Below are positions 19,597-28,182 of a DNA stretch of 47,909 nt, one piece after another. The stretch's first letter is position 1; each line of letters starts with the position of its first letter. A program made the translations under genes and the position numbers. The stretch lies in assembly GCA_963722445.1 (NCBI GenBank), contig CAVRMZ010000032.1:1-47909 (forward strand), given 5' to 3'. This DNA is from an uncultured Bacilli bacterium (GTDB taxonomy: Bacteria > Bacillota_I > Bacilli_A > RFN20 > CAG-826). Under the pieces are notes generated by a model. That model made no database searches, was not told where the DNA came from, and saw only the letters and a list, made by a program, of their open reading frames with translations.

Positions 19597-20915
19597 AGAT
19601 TCAGGAATTTTTCGATTTAGCCAAGTCAAAAGGAATATCCGAAGCCCAGATTCAAATCAAGAAAGCCTCTAGCCTTTCGATGTCGTTGTTCCATCACGAA
19701 ATGGATAATTACAACGTTAACGATTCCCAGAACGTCATTGCTTGTGGGATCGTCAAGGGAAAATTCGGCAGTTGCCGCACCGAAAAGTTAGACGAATCGG
19801 CTTTTTCTTTTCTTGTTGACGGAATCATTGAGAGCGCAGGAGTGTCTGAGAAATCCGATACGGCCGAACTCTTCAGAGGAAGCGAAAAGTATCACAAGAA
19901 AAACGTCTTCAACAAGGAACTTGCTCAAATCCCCGTTGAGAAAAAAATCGCGCTCCTTCATGTCGTCGAAGATGGGCTTTTTGCCTACGACAAACGCATA
20001 AGCGAAGTTGAAGCGGTCCAGTATTCGGAAGAAGAGATTTTCGCTGAATTCTACAATTCGTTTGGCTTAAAACTTAAGCAGAAGAGCAATTACTTCGTTT
20101 TTGTAGCAGCAGCCGACGCCAAGGTTAACGAAGAGATTAAAAACTCCTGGGACATTTTCATTGGCAACGACTTCAATGCCTTTGATCCAAAGCCTTTTAT
20201 TAAGAAAATTGGAGATAAAGTTTTGGCCAAATTTGGAGGCGCGCCTTGTCTCTCGAACAAATATCCAACCATTCTCAAGAACAACGTTTTCTCGGATTTA
20301 ATCGGTTATTTTGTGGGCGCTGCAAGCAGCGAGGAAGTTCAAAAGAAATCAAGCTTTCTTAATGGAAAATTGAATTCTCAAATCGCCAGCAAAAAAGTCA
20401 CGATCTCCGAAAAACCTTTAGTCAAGAACGTCTTTTTCAGTTATTTCGACGATGAAGGCGTTTCTGAATACAACAAAGACATCGTCAAAAAGGGCGTTCT
20501 TTCAACTTATCTCTATAACAGAGAAACAGCAAAAAAGGAAAATGTCCAATCTACAGGCAACGCGCAGTGGAAAGGGGACAAGATCGGAATCGGTTTCAGC
20601 AACATCTTTGTGAAAGGGTCAAAAAAGACTTTTGAGGAGCTAATCGCCCCCATAAAAGAAGGCGTTTATATCACGGAGATTGAAGGATTAGGAACCGGAA
20701 TGAATGACAATTCCGGAGACTTCTCCTGCCAAGCCCAAGGTTTTATGATCAGGGATGGAAAACTATCGGAACCCTTGAATCTCATCACGCTATCCGGAAA
20801 CCTGTTGAAGATATTGGGCGAGGTTAAGGGATTCGATGGAAATTACGAAATGACGCCCGAAGCAATTACCAGTCCAGACGCATTCATAAAAGAAACCTCT
20901 ATCGGCGGAAAATAG
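19593..20915 (+). CDS. tldE: TldE/PmbA family protein
   Basis: FDDEG, STGNA, SGDFS, ITLSGN; lacks HExxH. Start MKIQEFF overlaps the tldD stop (ATGA), with AGGAGG SD. Confidence 0.9.
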   Translation: MKIQEFFDLAKSKGISEAQIQIKKASSLSMSLFHHEMDNYNVNDSQNVIACGIVKGKFGSCRTEKLDESAFSFLVDGIIESAGVSEKSDTAELFRGSEKYHKKNVFNKELAQIPVEKKIALLHVVEDGLFAYDKRISEVEAVQYSEEEIFAEFYNSFGLKLKQKSNYFVFVAAADAKVNEEIKNSWDIFIGNDFNAFDPKPFIKKIGDKVLAKFGGAPCLSNKYPTILKNNVFSDLIGYFVGAASSEEVQKKSSFLNGKLNSQIASKKVTISEKPLVKNVFFSYFDDEGVSEYNKDIVKKGVLSTYLYNRETAKKENVQSTGNAQWKGDKIGIGFSNIFVKGSKKTFEELIAPIKEGVYITEIEGLGTGMNDNSGDFSCQAQGFMIRDGKLSEPLNLITLSGNLLKILGEVKGFDGNYEMTPEAITSPDAFIKETSIGGK

Positions 20916-20925
20916 CTTCTAAAAA

Positions 20926-20966
20926 CAAAAGAAACGGATTTGAAAAACAAGTCCGTTTTTCTTTTG
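20926..20966 (+). terminator. Intrinsic terminator after tldE
   Basis: AAACGGATTTG-loop-CAAGTCCGTTT followed by a T-rich run. Confidence 0.65.
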
Positions 20967-21105
20967 CAAAATTGGAATTAGCCACACGCCTGTTTTTAAT
21001 TCAAAAGCAAATAAAAAAAGTTAAAAACGCATAGTTCGTTCCGAGAATAAAACAATTTGCTTGTTATCTTTTTACCTTTTTATTTGGTTGTGTTATAATT
21101 CGATT

Positions 21106-21720
21106 GTGAAATCTCGTTTATTAACCTCCATTCAAAATAAATTTCAGCCTCTAGAGTTGTTTCTAATGTCTGATTTGCATGATAAAACGATGACTGATGC
21201 AGCTGTAAAAGAAGAACTCCTTCGCTTGTCAAAAGCCGGTTTAATTAAACGCTTTTCCTATGGGGTTTATTTTCTTCCAGGCAACGGAGAACCCAGTGCG
21301 ATTGGAGCCATCGAACTCCGCTATATTCAAAATGGCGAAAACGTTTTTGGTTTTTATACGGGGACAAGTTTTATCTCCTATATTTTGGGAAGAACTCCTT
21401 CGCTGGATTCAAAGATCGAAATAATGACCAACAGAGCAACTAGCGGAAAGAAATCGGTCTATATGTTTTCGAAACGCTTTATTCTCCGCCGACCCTATTT
21501 CGAGATAACAAAAGAAAACGTTTCTTTGAATGCTTTCCTAAGTTACGTGTCGATGACAAGTTTAACCGATATAAAAATTAACTATTCCGTTTTGGCTAAC
21601 TACATAAGAAAAGAACACCTTTCGGCCAACGACGTTATGGTAGCGACGGATTCTTTTCCCTCAAAAACCGCTTCAAAGCTTCTAGCCACGGATCTCTATC
21701 GTTCCCTCTGGAAACATTGA
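21106..21720 (+). CDS. AbiEi/DUF6088-like winged-helix protein (type IV antitoxin-like regulator)
   Basis: LLRLSKAGLIKRFSYGVYFLP wHTH wing motif and YIQNGENVFGFYTG...IEIMTNRAT. Start set at GTG 21106, 7 nt after TGtTATAAT. Confidence 0.7.
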   Translation: MKSRLLTSIQNKFQPLELFLMSDLHDKTMTDAAVKEELLRLSKAGLIKRFSYGVYFLPGNGEPSAIGAIELRYIQNGENVFGFYTGTSFISYILGRTPSLDSKIEIMTNRATSGKKSVYMFSKRFILRRPYFEITKENVSLNAFLSYVSMTSLTDIKINYSVLANYIRKEHLSANDVMVATDSFPSKTASKLLATDLYRSLWKH

Positions 21721-21727
21721 TCCATAG

Positions 21728-21764
21728 AAAAACGCCCTTTCTTGATGCTGAGGAGGGCGTTTTT
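21728..21764. terminator. Bidirectional intrinsic terminator
   Basis: AAAAACGCCCT...AGGGCGTTTTT between convergent genes. Confidence 0.8.
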
Positions 21765-21776
21765 ATTTGGCTTCGC

Positions 21777-23036
21777 TTATTTTTTGTCCTTTTCGTCTTC
21801 TTTGGTTTTTTCCGTGTCGGTTTTTTCAGGCGTTGTGACAGCGGTTTTTGCGGCATCAGTTCCTTCCGTCTTTTTTTCTTCGGGCTTGGCGCCAAAACCA
21901 TAGGAACTCAAATCCCAATCCGGATGACGCTCAAGAACTTTATTAACCGCATCGACGATAAGCTTCTCTTCGATGGGTTTTTTGTCGGCGCCTGACCCTT
22001 TGACGGCGGAGTCGGCTTTATTCATCGCGGTTTCGGTCTCGCTAAGGGAGTCTTCGACTAAGCCTGAAATGAGGATATAGGCTCTAACGCAGGCGCCGGT
22101 GGCTAAGCCAGCGATAAACTTCTTGTCATCCAACGGAAGGTCAATGTAATACTGTTTAATCTCTTCAAGAGACTTCGAGTATAGCAAAATGGCGGTTTTT
22201 TGGGCAATGGCGTTGTGATAGATGTTCCCAGACACCGTTTTTTTGCAAGCAATCGTGTATTCGCATATTTTTAGAGCTCCGGCGAGGTCGCCATTTTTTA
22301 GATCTTCATAGAGCGTTATGTCGTTGACCCTCGAAGTGAAGTCGGTCACGGATTCATAGACGGGGGCGGCGCCTGCAGGCAGGCCACGCGAAATCTTATC
22401 TTCGGCCACCAGCATTTGGTTATAAGCTTCCACGTTGGTGTCGTTGGTTAGAATCGTGATAAGGTAACCATCGTTTTTGGAATCAAGCGGAGCCGGGAAG
22501 ATATCATAAAGGAAGATAATCCCGGAAGCAGTCAAAACGACGATGGCGAAGACATACCCCCAAATCCAGGAAGGGCTGGCGGTTGCCTTGGTTTGGCTAT
22601 AAACCATCACGCTCACGCAAGCCACAACCTCCAGCAAAAAGAAAAACAAAGGCATATAAATCATGTGCCGCGGGTTGCTCGATTTGACATCCGTAGGAAC
22701 CGCTTTGGTCTCGCCGGTAAAACCATCAAAGCCACCAAAAGAAAGCCGCGTTTTCCCGTTGGCGTTTTTCTTGAGGCACACCCCAAGGCAATTCACAGAG
22801 GATATCTGATACCGACCCATCTTGGCTCCCACAAAATGACCAAGTTCAAGAAGCAGGGACCCCAGCAAAAATCCAGAAACCACAGCAATCAAAACAAATA
22901 AAAAGCCAGGAATCGGAACAACATCACTATAGGTTGCATTGGAGAAAATAGGCCTAATGATCGCAAAAGCCACGACACAGACTATGACAATCATCAAAGC
23001 GTAAACGACATAACCCATCGCATCGTTTTTCTTCAT
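21777..23036 (-). CDS. Membrane protein resembling M50/site-2 peptidases with a degenerate metal site
   Basis: Four N-terminal TM segments, LELGH in place of HExxH, downstream NDG, helical soluble C-terminus; AGGAGG SD. Confidence 0.65.
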   Translation of the reverse strand: MKKNDAMGYVVYALMIVIVCVVAFAIIRPIFSNATYSDVVPIPGFLFVLIAVVSGFLLGSLLLELGHFVGAKMGRYQISSVNCLGVCLKKNANGKTRLSFGGFDGFTGETKAVPTDVKSSNPRHMIYMPLFFFLLEVVACVSVMVYSQTKATASPSWIWGYVFAIVVLTASGIIFLYDIFPAPLDSKNDGYLITILTNDTNVEAYNQMLVAEDKISRGLPAGAAPVYESVTDFTSRVNDITLYEDLKNGDLAGALKICEYTIACKKTVSGNIYHNAIAQKTAILLYSKSLEEIKQYYIDLPLDDKKFIAGLATGACVRAYILISGLVEDSLSETETAMNKADSAVKGSGADKKPIEEKLIVDAVNKVLERHPDWDLSSYGFGAKPEEKKTEGTDAAKTAVTTPEKTDTEKTKEDEKDKK

Positions 23037-23054
23037 ATAAAAATCCTCCTTGGA

Positions 23055-24227
23055 TCATAGGCATGAGCGGTAAATCGCTTCAATGTCTTGCTCGTTTAGT
23101 GATTGGGGGCAACAGCCAATCACATGTGTTCCGTTGCCGCTAGCTAACCGAGCCAATTCGGGGAGGTCAGATATCTCGATCCCAACTTCCTTTAGAGAGG
23201 TTGGCATGCCAATGGACTTGTAGAAATCCCGCATGGCATTAATTCCAATTATAGCGGCTTTGCTATCGTCTGGCTCGTTAATCTTGAACAACCGACGCCC
23301 TAACTTGGCAAATTTGGTCGGATCGGCTTTATTCACGTAGCGAGCCCATCCCAAAAAGCACACGGCAATTCCCGCCCCATGGGTAACGCTCGGAAGATAA
23401 CCTGAAAGAGCGTGCTCAAGCGGATGAACCACAAAAACCGTTTTCTTGCCGATGCCAGTCAGTCCATCATGAGAAAGGCTCGAATCGAGCATCATGGCGG
23501 ACCTTGCTTCAAAATCATTAGGATTTTGCAAAGATTCTATTCCGGCCTCCATGACGTTATGGCACAAATCAAGCGCCCATTCATCGGAAAGCTGATTGCG
23601 GTCCGAAGGGCCGAAATATCTTTCCAAACTGTGCATCATGATATCGGTGATCCCGGCGGCTGTTTGATAAGGCGGAACCGAATAGGTAAGCTCCGGGTCT
23701 TCGATGGCAAAAAGGGGTCTCACGATGTTGCTATTGAAGCCTTGCTTAATCTTCGTTTCGTAATTGCTGATTACGCAGGAGTCGGAGGATTCGCTTCCGG
23801 CGCTGGCGATGGTGAGAATCACTCCCACCGGAAGGGTTTTCAGCGGAATCGCTTTCTTGAGATTGAAGTCAAAGGGGTCGCCCTCGTAATAAAACGAAAC
23901 TCCGATGGACTTGGCCACGTCGATGACGCTCCCGCCCCCGATCGCGAGAATGGCATCCACTTTGTTTTTCTTAGCTAATTCTTTCCCTTTGATAGCCAAA
24001 AGATGGTCGGGGTTAGGGGAAACGCCTCCTAATTCGCAAAAGGAAACGCCGGAAGCGGCGAGTTTGGAAACCACTTTATCATAAAGACCGTTCTTTTTGA
24101 TCGATCCGCCGCCATACACCAAAAGGACCTTTGAGAACCCATATCCTTTTAGAATCTCGCCAACCTTGTCTTCCGCTTTTTTCCCAAAAACGATCCGAGT
24201 AGGATTAATAAAATCAAAATCGATCAT
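23055..24227 (-). CDS. Iron-containing alcohol dehydrogenase (butanol dehydrogenase-like)
   Basis: NPTRIVFG, IGGGSVID, DIMMHSLE, HPLEH, THGAG. Confidence 0.93.
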   Translation of the reverse strand: MIDFDFINPTRIVFGKKAEDKVGEILKGYGFSKVLLVYGGGSIKKNGLYDKVVSKLAASGVSFCELGGVSPNPDHLLAIKGKELAKKNKVDAILAIGGGSVIDVAKSIGVSFYYEGDPFDFNLKKAIPLKTLPVGVILTIASAGSESSDSCVISNYETKIKQGFNSNIVRPLFAIEDPELTYSVPPYQTAAGITDIMMHSLERYFGPSDRNQLSDEWALDLCHNVMEAGIESLQNPNDFEARSAMMLDSSLSHDGLTGIGKKTVFVVHPLEHALSGYLPSVTHGAGIAVCFLGWARYVNKADPTKFAKLGRRLFKINEPDDSKAAIIGINAMRDFYKSIGMPTSLKEVGIEISDLPELARLASGNGTHVIGCCPQSLNEQDIEAIYRSCL

Positions 24228-24781
24228 TTCTTTTTCTCCTCTTTTGAAAGTTCGATAAGGGCAGGGAAAACCTTTAAAAACGAAGCATCGATGAATTTTC
24301 TCATTCCCTTTTCGAATTTGGCGGGGGTTATCTCAACGTCTTTAAAACAATACCCAAACTCATCTCCAACGATTTTGGCGTAACGTCTGGCCACGTTGCG
24401 ATAGCCGTCTTTGCTGAGCCCATATTTGTTTCCGTCCGTCAAAAGCAAAAACATCTTGGTCATGATTTTGTTAAAGAAGAAATCATCCACCAAATCATGG
24501 GCAGCACTGTTGTAGCTTGAACGGAGGAACACGAAGTTCTGGGTCGAATAAGCCAAAAGGGCATTAAGGGTCTCCTTGGTGTCAGCCGATTCTAAAAGGC
24601 CGGGGATGTTTTCATTCAGAAAGATGGCCGCCAATAAGTCGTAGATGTCCTGGTAGTGGTAATAGAAGGTCTGACGATGGCAATCGCATTTCTCGCACAA
24701 GGCCGTGACGTTAATCGATTCGAGCGGCTTCGTCAGCATCATTTCTTTTAAAGCGTATTTGAATTTGGCTTCCGTGGTCAT
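24224..24781 (-). CDS. TetR/AcrR family transcriptional regulator
   Basis: INVTALCEKCDCHRQTFYYHYQDIYDLL HTH. Confidence 0.9.
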   Translation of the reverse strand: MTTEAKFKYALKEMMLTKPLESINVTALCEKCDCHRQTFYYHYQDIYDLLAAIFLNENIPGLLESADTKETLNALLAYSTQNFVFLRSSYNSAAHDLVDDFFFNKIMTKMFLLLTDGNKYGLSKDGYRNVARRYAKIVGDEFGYCFKDVEITPAKFEKGMRKFIDASFLKVFPALIELSKEEKKK

Positions 24782-25698
24782 TGAATGTTTCCTCCTTTTC
24801 GCAAGGCCGCATATTCCTTTGCGATCTTGGCCCCCAGCGCCGCGTTATTGACCACCAGATGAATGTTGGTGTCCAAGCTCTTGCCGCCGGTCAGCTCCAC
24901 GATTCGTTTGAGGAGATATGGCGTGATATCCTTGCCCTTAACGCCTTTATCGGCGCACTCCTTAACGGCTTGGTCGATAATCTTGTCGATGTAATCGTGG
25001 GGCAGGGCATATTCTTCGGGGCAGGGGTTGGCGATCAATATCCCGCCCGATAGTCCAAAATCGCGTTTGGCTTTAATCACTTCCGCGGCTTCCTTGGGGG
25101 TCGCGAAAACATAGTCGACGGGTTTGCCCGAATTCCGGCAATAGAAATTGGCAAAACCTTTTTCTTGGTAGGAAAGAACCGAGACGCCTTGGGTCTCTAA
25201 GACCTCTAGCGTTTTGTCAATGTCGAGGATGGCTTTGGCTCCGGCGCAAACGACGGTGACCGGTTCGCTTCCGAGCTCATAAAGATCGCGGGATACATCC
25301 CAGCTCTCCTCGGCGCCCCGATGAACCCCTCCGATGCCGCCCGTGACAAACACCTCGATGCCAGCCTTAGCCGCCATCAAAATCGTAGCGGAGACGGTGG
25401 TGGCGCCCCATTTTTTCGAGGCTATCACAATCGGAAGATCCCTTTTGGAAACTTTGCTGATGCCTTTTGTTTTGCCAAAAAGCTCAATCTCTTCAGGGCT
25501 CATGCCGACGATGGGTTCTCCTTCGATGATGCCCATCGTTGCGGGGACGGCCCCGTTATCCCGCACCGTCTTCTCGACAAGAAGGGCGGTTTCCACGTTC
25601 TTAGGATAAGGCATCCCATGAGAAATGATCGTGCTCTCAAGAGCAACGACGGGTTTCCCTTCTCTCAGTGCTTGAGCGACTTCTTTGCTCATCTTCAT
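24778..25698 (-). CDS. psuG: Pseudouridine-5'-phosphate glycosidase
   Basis: VALESTIISHGMPYP, ATTVSAT, TGGIGGVHRG, CAGAKAILD, GKDITPYLL. Confidence 0.93.
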   Translation of the reverse strand: MKMSKEVAQALREGKPVVALESTIISHGMPYPKNVETALLVEKTVRDNGAVPATMGIIEGEPIVGMSPEEIELFGKTKGISKVSKRDLPIVIASKKWGATTVSATILMAAKAGIEVFVTGGIGGVHRGAEESWDVSRDLYELGSEPVTVVCAGAKAILDIDKTLEVLETQGVSVLSYQEKGFANFYCRNSGKPVDYVFATPKEAAEVIKAKRDFGLSGGILIANPCPEEYALPHDYIDKIIDQAVKECADKGVKGKDITPYLLKRIVELTGGKSLDTNIHLVVNNAALGAKIAKEYAALRKGGNIQ

Positions 25699-28181
25699 CT
25701 TGCGTTTTCCGCCTTTCCTTTTTCATGTTCCTCAAGGATCCGATTTCCGAGAAAATCCAAAAGGAAATAGATAACTGAAGCGACCGCGAGAACCGCGAAG
25801 CCAAGAAGCCAATGCCATCCCCCGATGGCGCCATAGTCAATGCCAAGCATGCCGATGATTTTCCCATCTTTTTCTTCGATCAGGCCCGCTTTGAAGAAAT
25901 AAAGATCAAGGCCGAAGAAGACCGCGCCAACGGCCAAGAGACCCCCAAAAACCACGCTGCGGTAAAGGTCAAGCGGCAGAGAAATGCGGAATAAGACCAA
26001 ATAACTCATGACGGAGAACACGATAACGGCCAGCGACTTGGCGGTTTCATAACCCATAAAACTCCGATTGCATAACGAGATGAAGAAAATGGCGGAAACC
26101 GCAAAAATGTCGGCAACGGCAGCCGGGAAAGCCCGGCTTAGCACATTGGTGAGGAAACGTCCTTTCAGCCGTTCGCTGGTGGGCTGAAGGGCTAGGAAGA
26201 AGCCTCCGCCTCCAATCGTGACGATCTCCCAAACATACATATTGTTGGTGTAGAAAGGATAGGAAGGGCCATTGCACCAAGAGGAAACAAGAAAAATAAA
26301 ACTCAAAACGATGGCGAAGATCGTCTTGGCCAAAAAGAGGGCGGCCGTTCTTTGCAGGTTGTTGATGACTCTCCGCCCTTCGCCAACAACGGCCGGAAGC
26401 TTGCTGAAATCGTTGTCCATCGAAACGATGTTGGCCACGTTTCTGGCAGCCGAGGAGCCTGAGGCCATGGCGATCGAGCAATCCGCGGTCTTTAAGGCGA
26501 TGATGTCGTTGACGCCATCGCCCGTCATGGCCACTTTGTGGCCGTCGTTTTGAAGCGCTTCGATAAGCTTGCCTTTTTGCTCCGGGCTGACCCTTCCAAA
26601 GACGGTGTATTTGTCGACGAGAGAGGGGACGTCCTCGTCTTTGACGTTTTCCATCGAAAGGAAATTGGCGGCTCCCTCAACTCCAACTTCGTTGGCGATT
26701 TCCGACACCGTGATCGGATTGTCCCCCGAAATGATTTTGATGCCGACCCCATTTCGCCTGAACCACTCGATATTGGCTTTGGCGTCTGGTTTAAGATGAT
26801 CGGAAAGAGAGATAACCGCCACCAATTCGCTTTTGGCTGGGATATCTCCATTCTCGATTGGCTTTTTAGAATAGAAAAGGCCTAAAACGCGATAGCCTCT
26901 TTCGGCCAAATGCGTGATGCGATCGGCGGCAGCCTGATCCTGAGAGCCTTCCACATAGTCGGGGGCTCCCAGAACGAAGGTTCCTTCTTTTGGGAAATAA
27001 GCGGCAGAGTATTTTCTTGCCGAATCGAACGGGATGCTGATTAGGGCCTCTTCCGCTTCTTCCGAAAACGACTCTTTGAGGGCTTTGGCCGTGCCGTTGT
27101 TGTCGCCGGTTGCTTTGATGATGCCAAGGATTTTCGCCTTTAGTTCCGCATCGGTGAAATCCGAATAATTATAGAAATCCTTGACGGCGAGCTTCCCATC
27201 GGTGAGGGTTCCGGTCTTGTCTAGGCAAACCACATCGACCCGGGCCAGCATCTCGATGCTATAAAGATCCTGGACGTTCATGTGCTTTTGGGCGAGGTTA
27301 ATGATGCCGACCGCTAAGGTAAGGGAAGTCAAAAGATATAATCCCGCCGGGATCATGGCGACGAGAGACCCGCTGAGACTCTGGGCAAACCGCTGAAAGC
27401 CAGCGTAGGTGAGGGGCGAAGAATTAAGAACCCACGTCACCACCTCGGCGAGGCCGATGATGATGGCGACGAGGCCGGTCGTCCAGAAAATCTTCAAGAA
27501 GGAAAGCTTGAGTTCGCTCCGGGGCCTTTTGAATTTCTTGGCCGCGGCCTGAAGCCCTTCGGCGTAATTGGCGATGCCGACTCTATTGATGCGAACATAA
27601 GCCTTGCCGGACTTAACGAAAGAGCCCGAAAGAACCTGGGAGCCGATCGCTTTGGAAACAACGTTGGACTCTCCCGTGACCAAGGATTCGTCGGTGTTGA
27701 TTTTGCCATTGACGACAAGGCCGTCCACGCAAATCTGATCGCCGGCTTCCAGAATCATGATATCGCTTAAAACGGCTTCGTCTATCGGGATGTTTTCTTC
27801 TTTGCCTTGCCGCATGACCCTGACGCGAGGGTCCGTAACAACTCGGAGTTTGTCCACCAAATGGCGGGCTCGGATATCCGAGAACAAGCCGATGACGATA
27901 TTGCAGGCAATAGGCAAAAGGAAAAAGTAATAACGGATTTCCAGTTTGGCCACGACCATGAGAATCGCAATGGCAAAAAAGACGAGGTTAAAGAAGGAGA
28001 AGAAGTTATCGGCAAAAATCTGCCAATAGGTTTTGGTGACTTTCTTCTGGACCTTGTTGCCAAAGCCCTGTTTTCTTCTTTCCGCGACTTGCTCCAAGGT
28101 GAGGCCGATCATGAAATCGGCTTCCATTGGCTCGGCCGCAGCCACCTCTCTAGCGAATTCCTCGCGCTTTTTTCCTGTCAT
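25695..28181 (-). CDS. P-type cation-transporting ATPase (CtpE-like)
   Basis: TGES, DKTGTLT, SGDN, MTGDGVND; TM4 reads MIPAGL. Confidence 0.92.
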   Translation of the reverse strand: MTGKKREEFAREVAAAEPMEADFMIGLTLEQVAERRKQGFGNKVQKKVTKTYWQIFADNFFSFFNLVFFAIAILMVVAKLEIRYYFFLLPIACNIVIGLFSDIRARHLVDKLRVVTDPRVRVMRQGKEENIPIDEAVLSDIMILEAGDQICVDGLVVNGKINTDESLVTGESNVVSKAIGSQVLSGSFVKSGKAYVRINRVGIANYAEGLQAAAKKFKRPRSELKLSFLKIFWTTGLVAIIIGLAEVVTWVLNSSPLTYAGFQRFAQSLSGSLVAMIPAGLYLLTSLTLAVGIINLAQKHMNVQDLYSIEMLARVDVVCLDKTGTLTDGKLAVKDFYNYSDFTDAELKAKILGIIKATGDNNGTAKALKESFSEEAEEALISIPFDSARKYSAAYFPKEGTFVLGAPDYVEGSQDQAAADRITHLAERGYRVLGLFYSKKPIENGDIPAKSELVAVISLSDHLKPDAKANIEWFRRNGVGIKIISGDNPITVSEIANEVGVEGAANFLSMENVKDEDVPSLVDKYTVFGRVSPEQKGKLIEALQNDGHKVAMTGDGVNDIIALKTADCSIAMASGSSAARNVANIVSMDNDFSKLPAVVGEGRRVINNLQRTAALFLAKTIFAIVLSFIFLVSSWCNGPSYPFYTNNMYVWEIVTIGGGGFFLALQPTSERLKGRFLTNVLSRAFPAAVADIFAVSAIFFISLCNRSFMGYETAKSLAVIVFSVMSYLVLFRISLPLDLYRSVVFGGLLAVGAVFFGLDLYFFKAGLIEEKDGKIIGMLGIDYGAIGGWHWLLGFAVLAVASVIYFLLDFLGNRILEEHEKGKAENAR

Positions 28182-28182
28182 T

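Noticed and set aside
18190-20915. Link between TldDE (old annotation 'modulator of DNA gyrase') and the altered gyrase residues
   Set aside because: TldDE act indirectly by processing microcin B17 or CcdA, and neither is present in the window.
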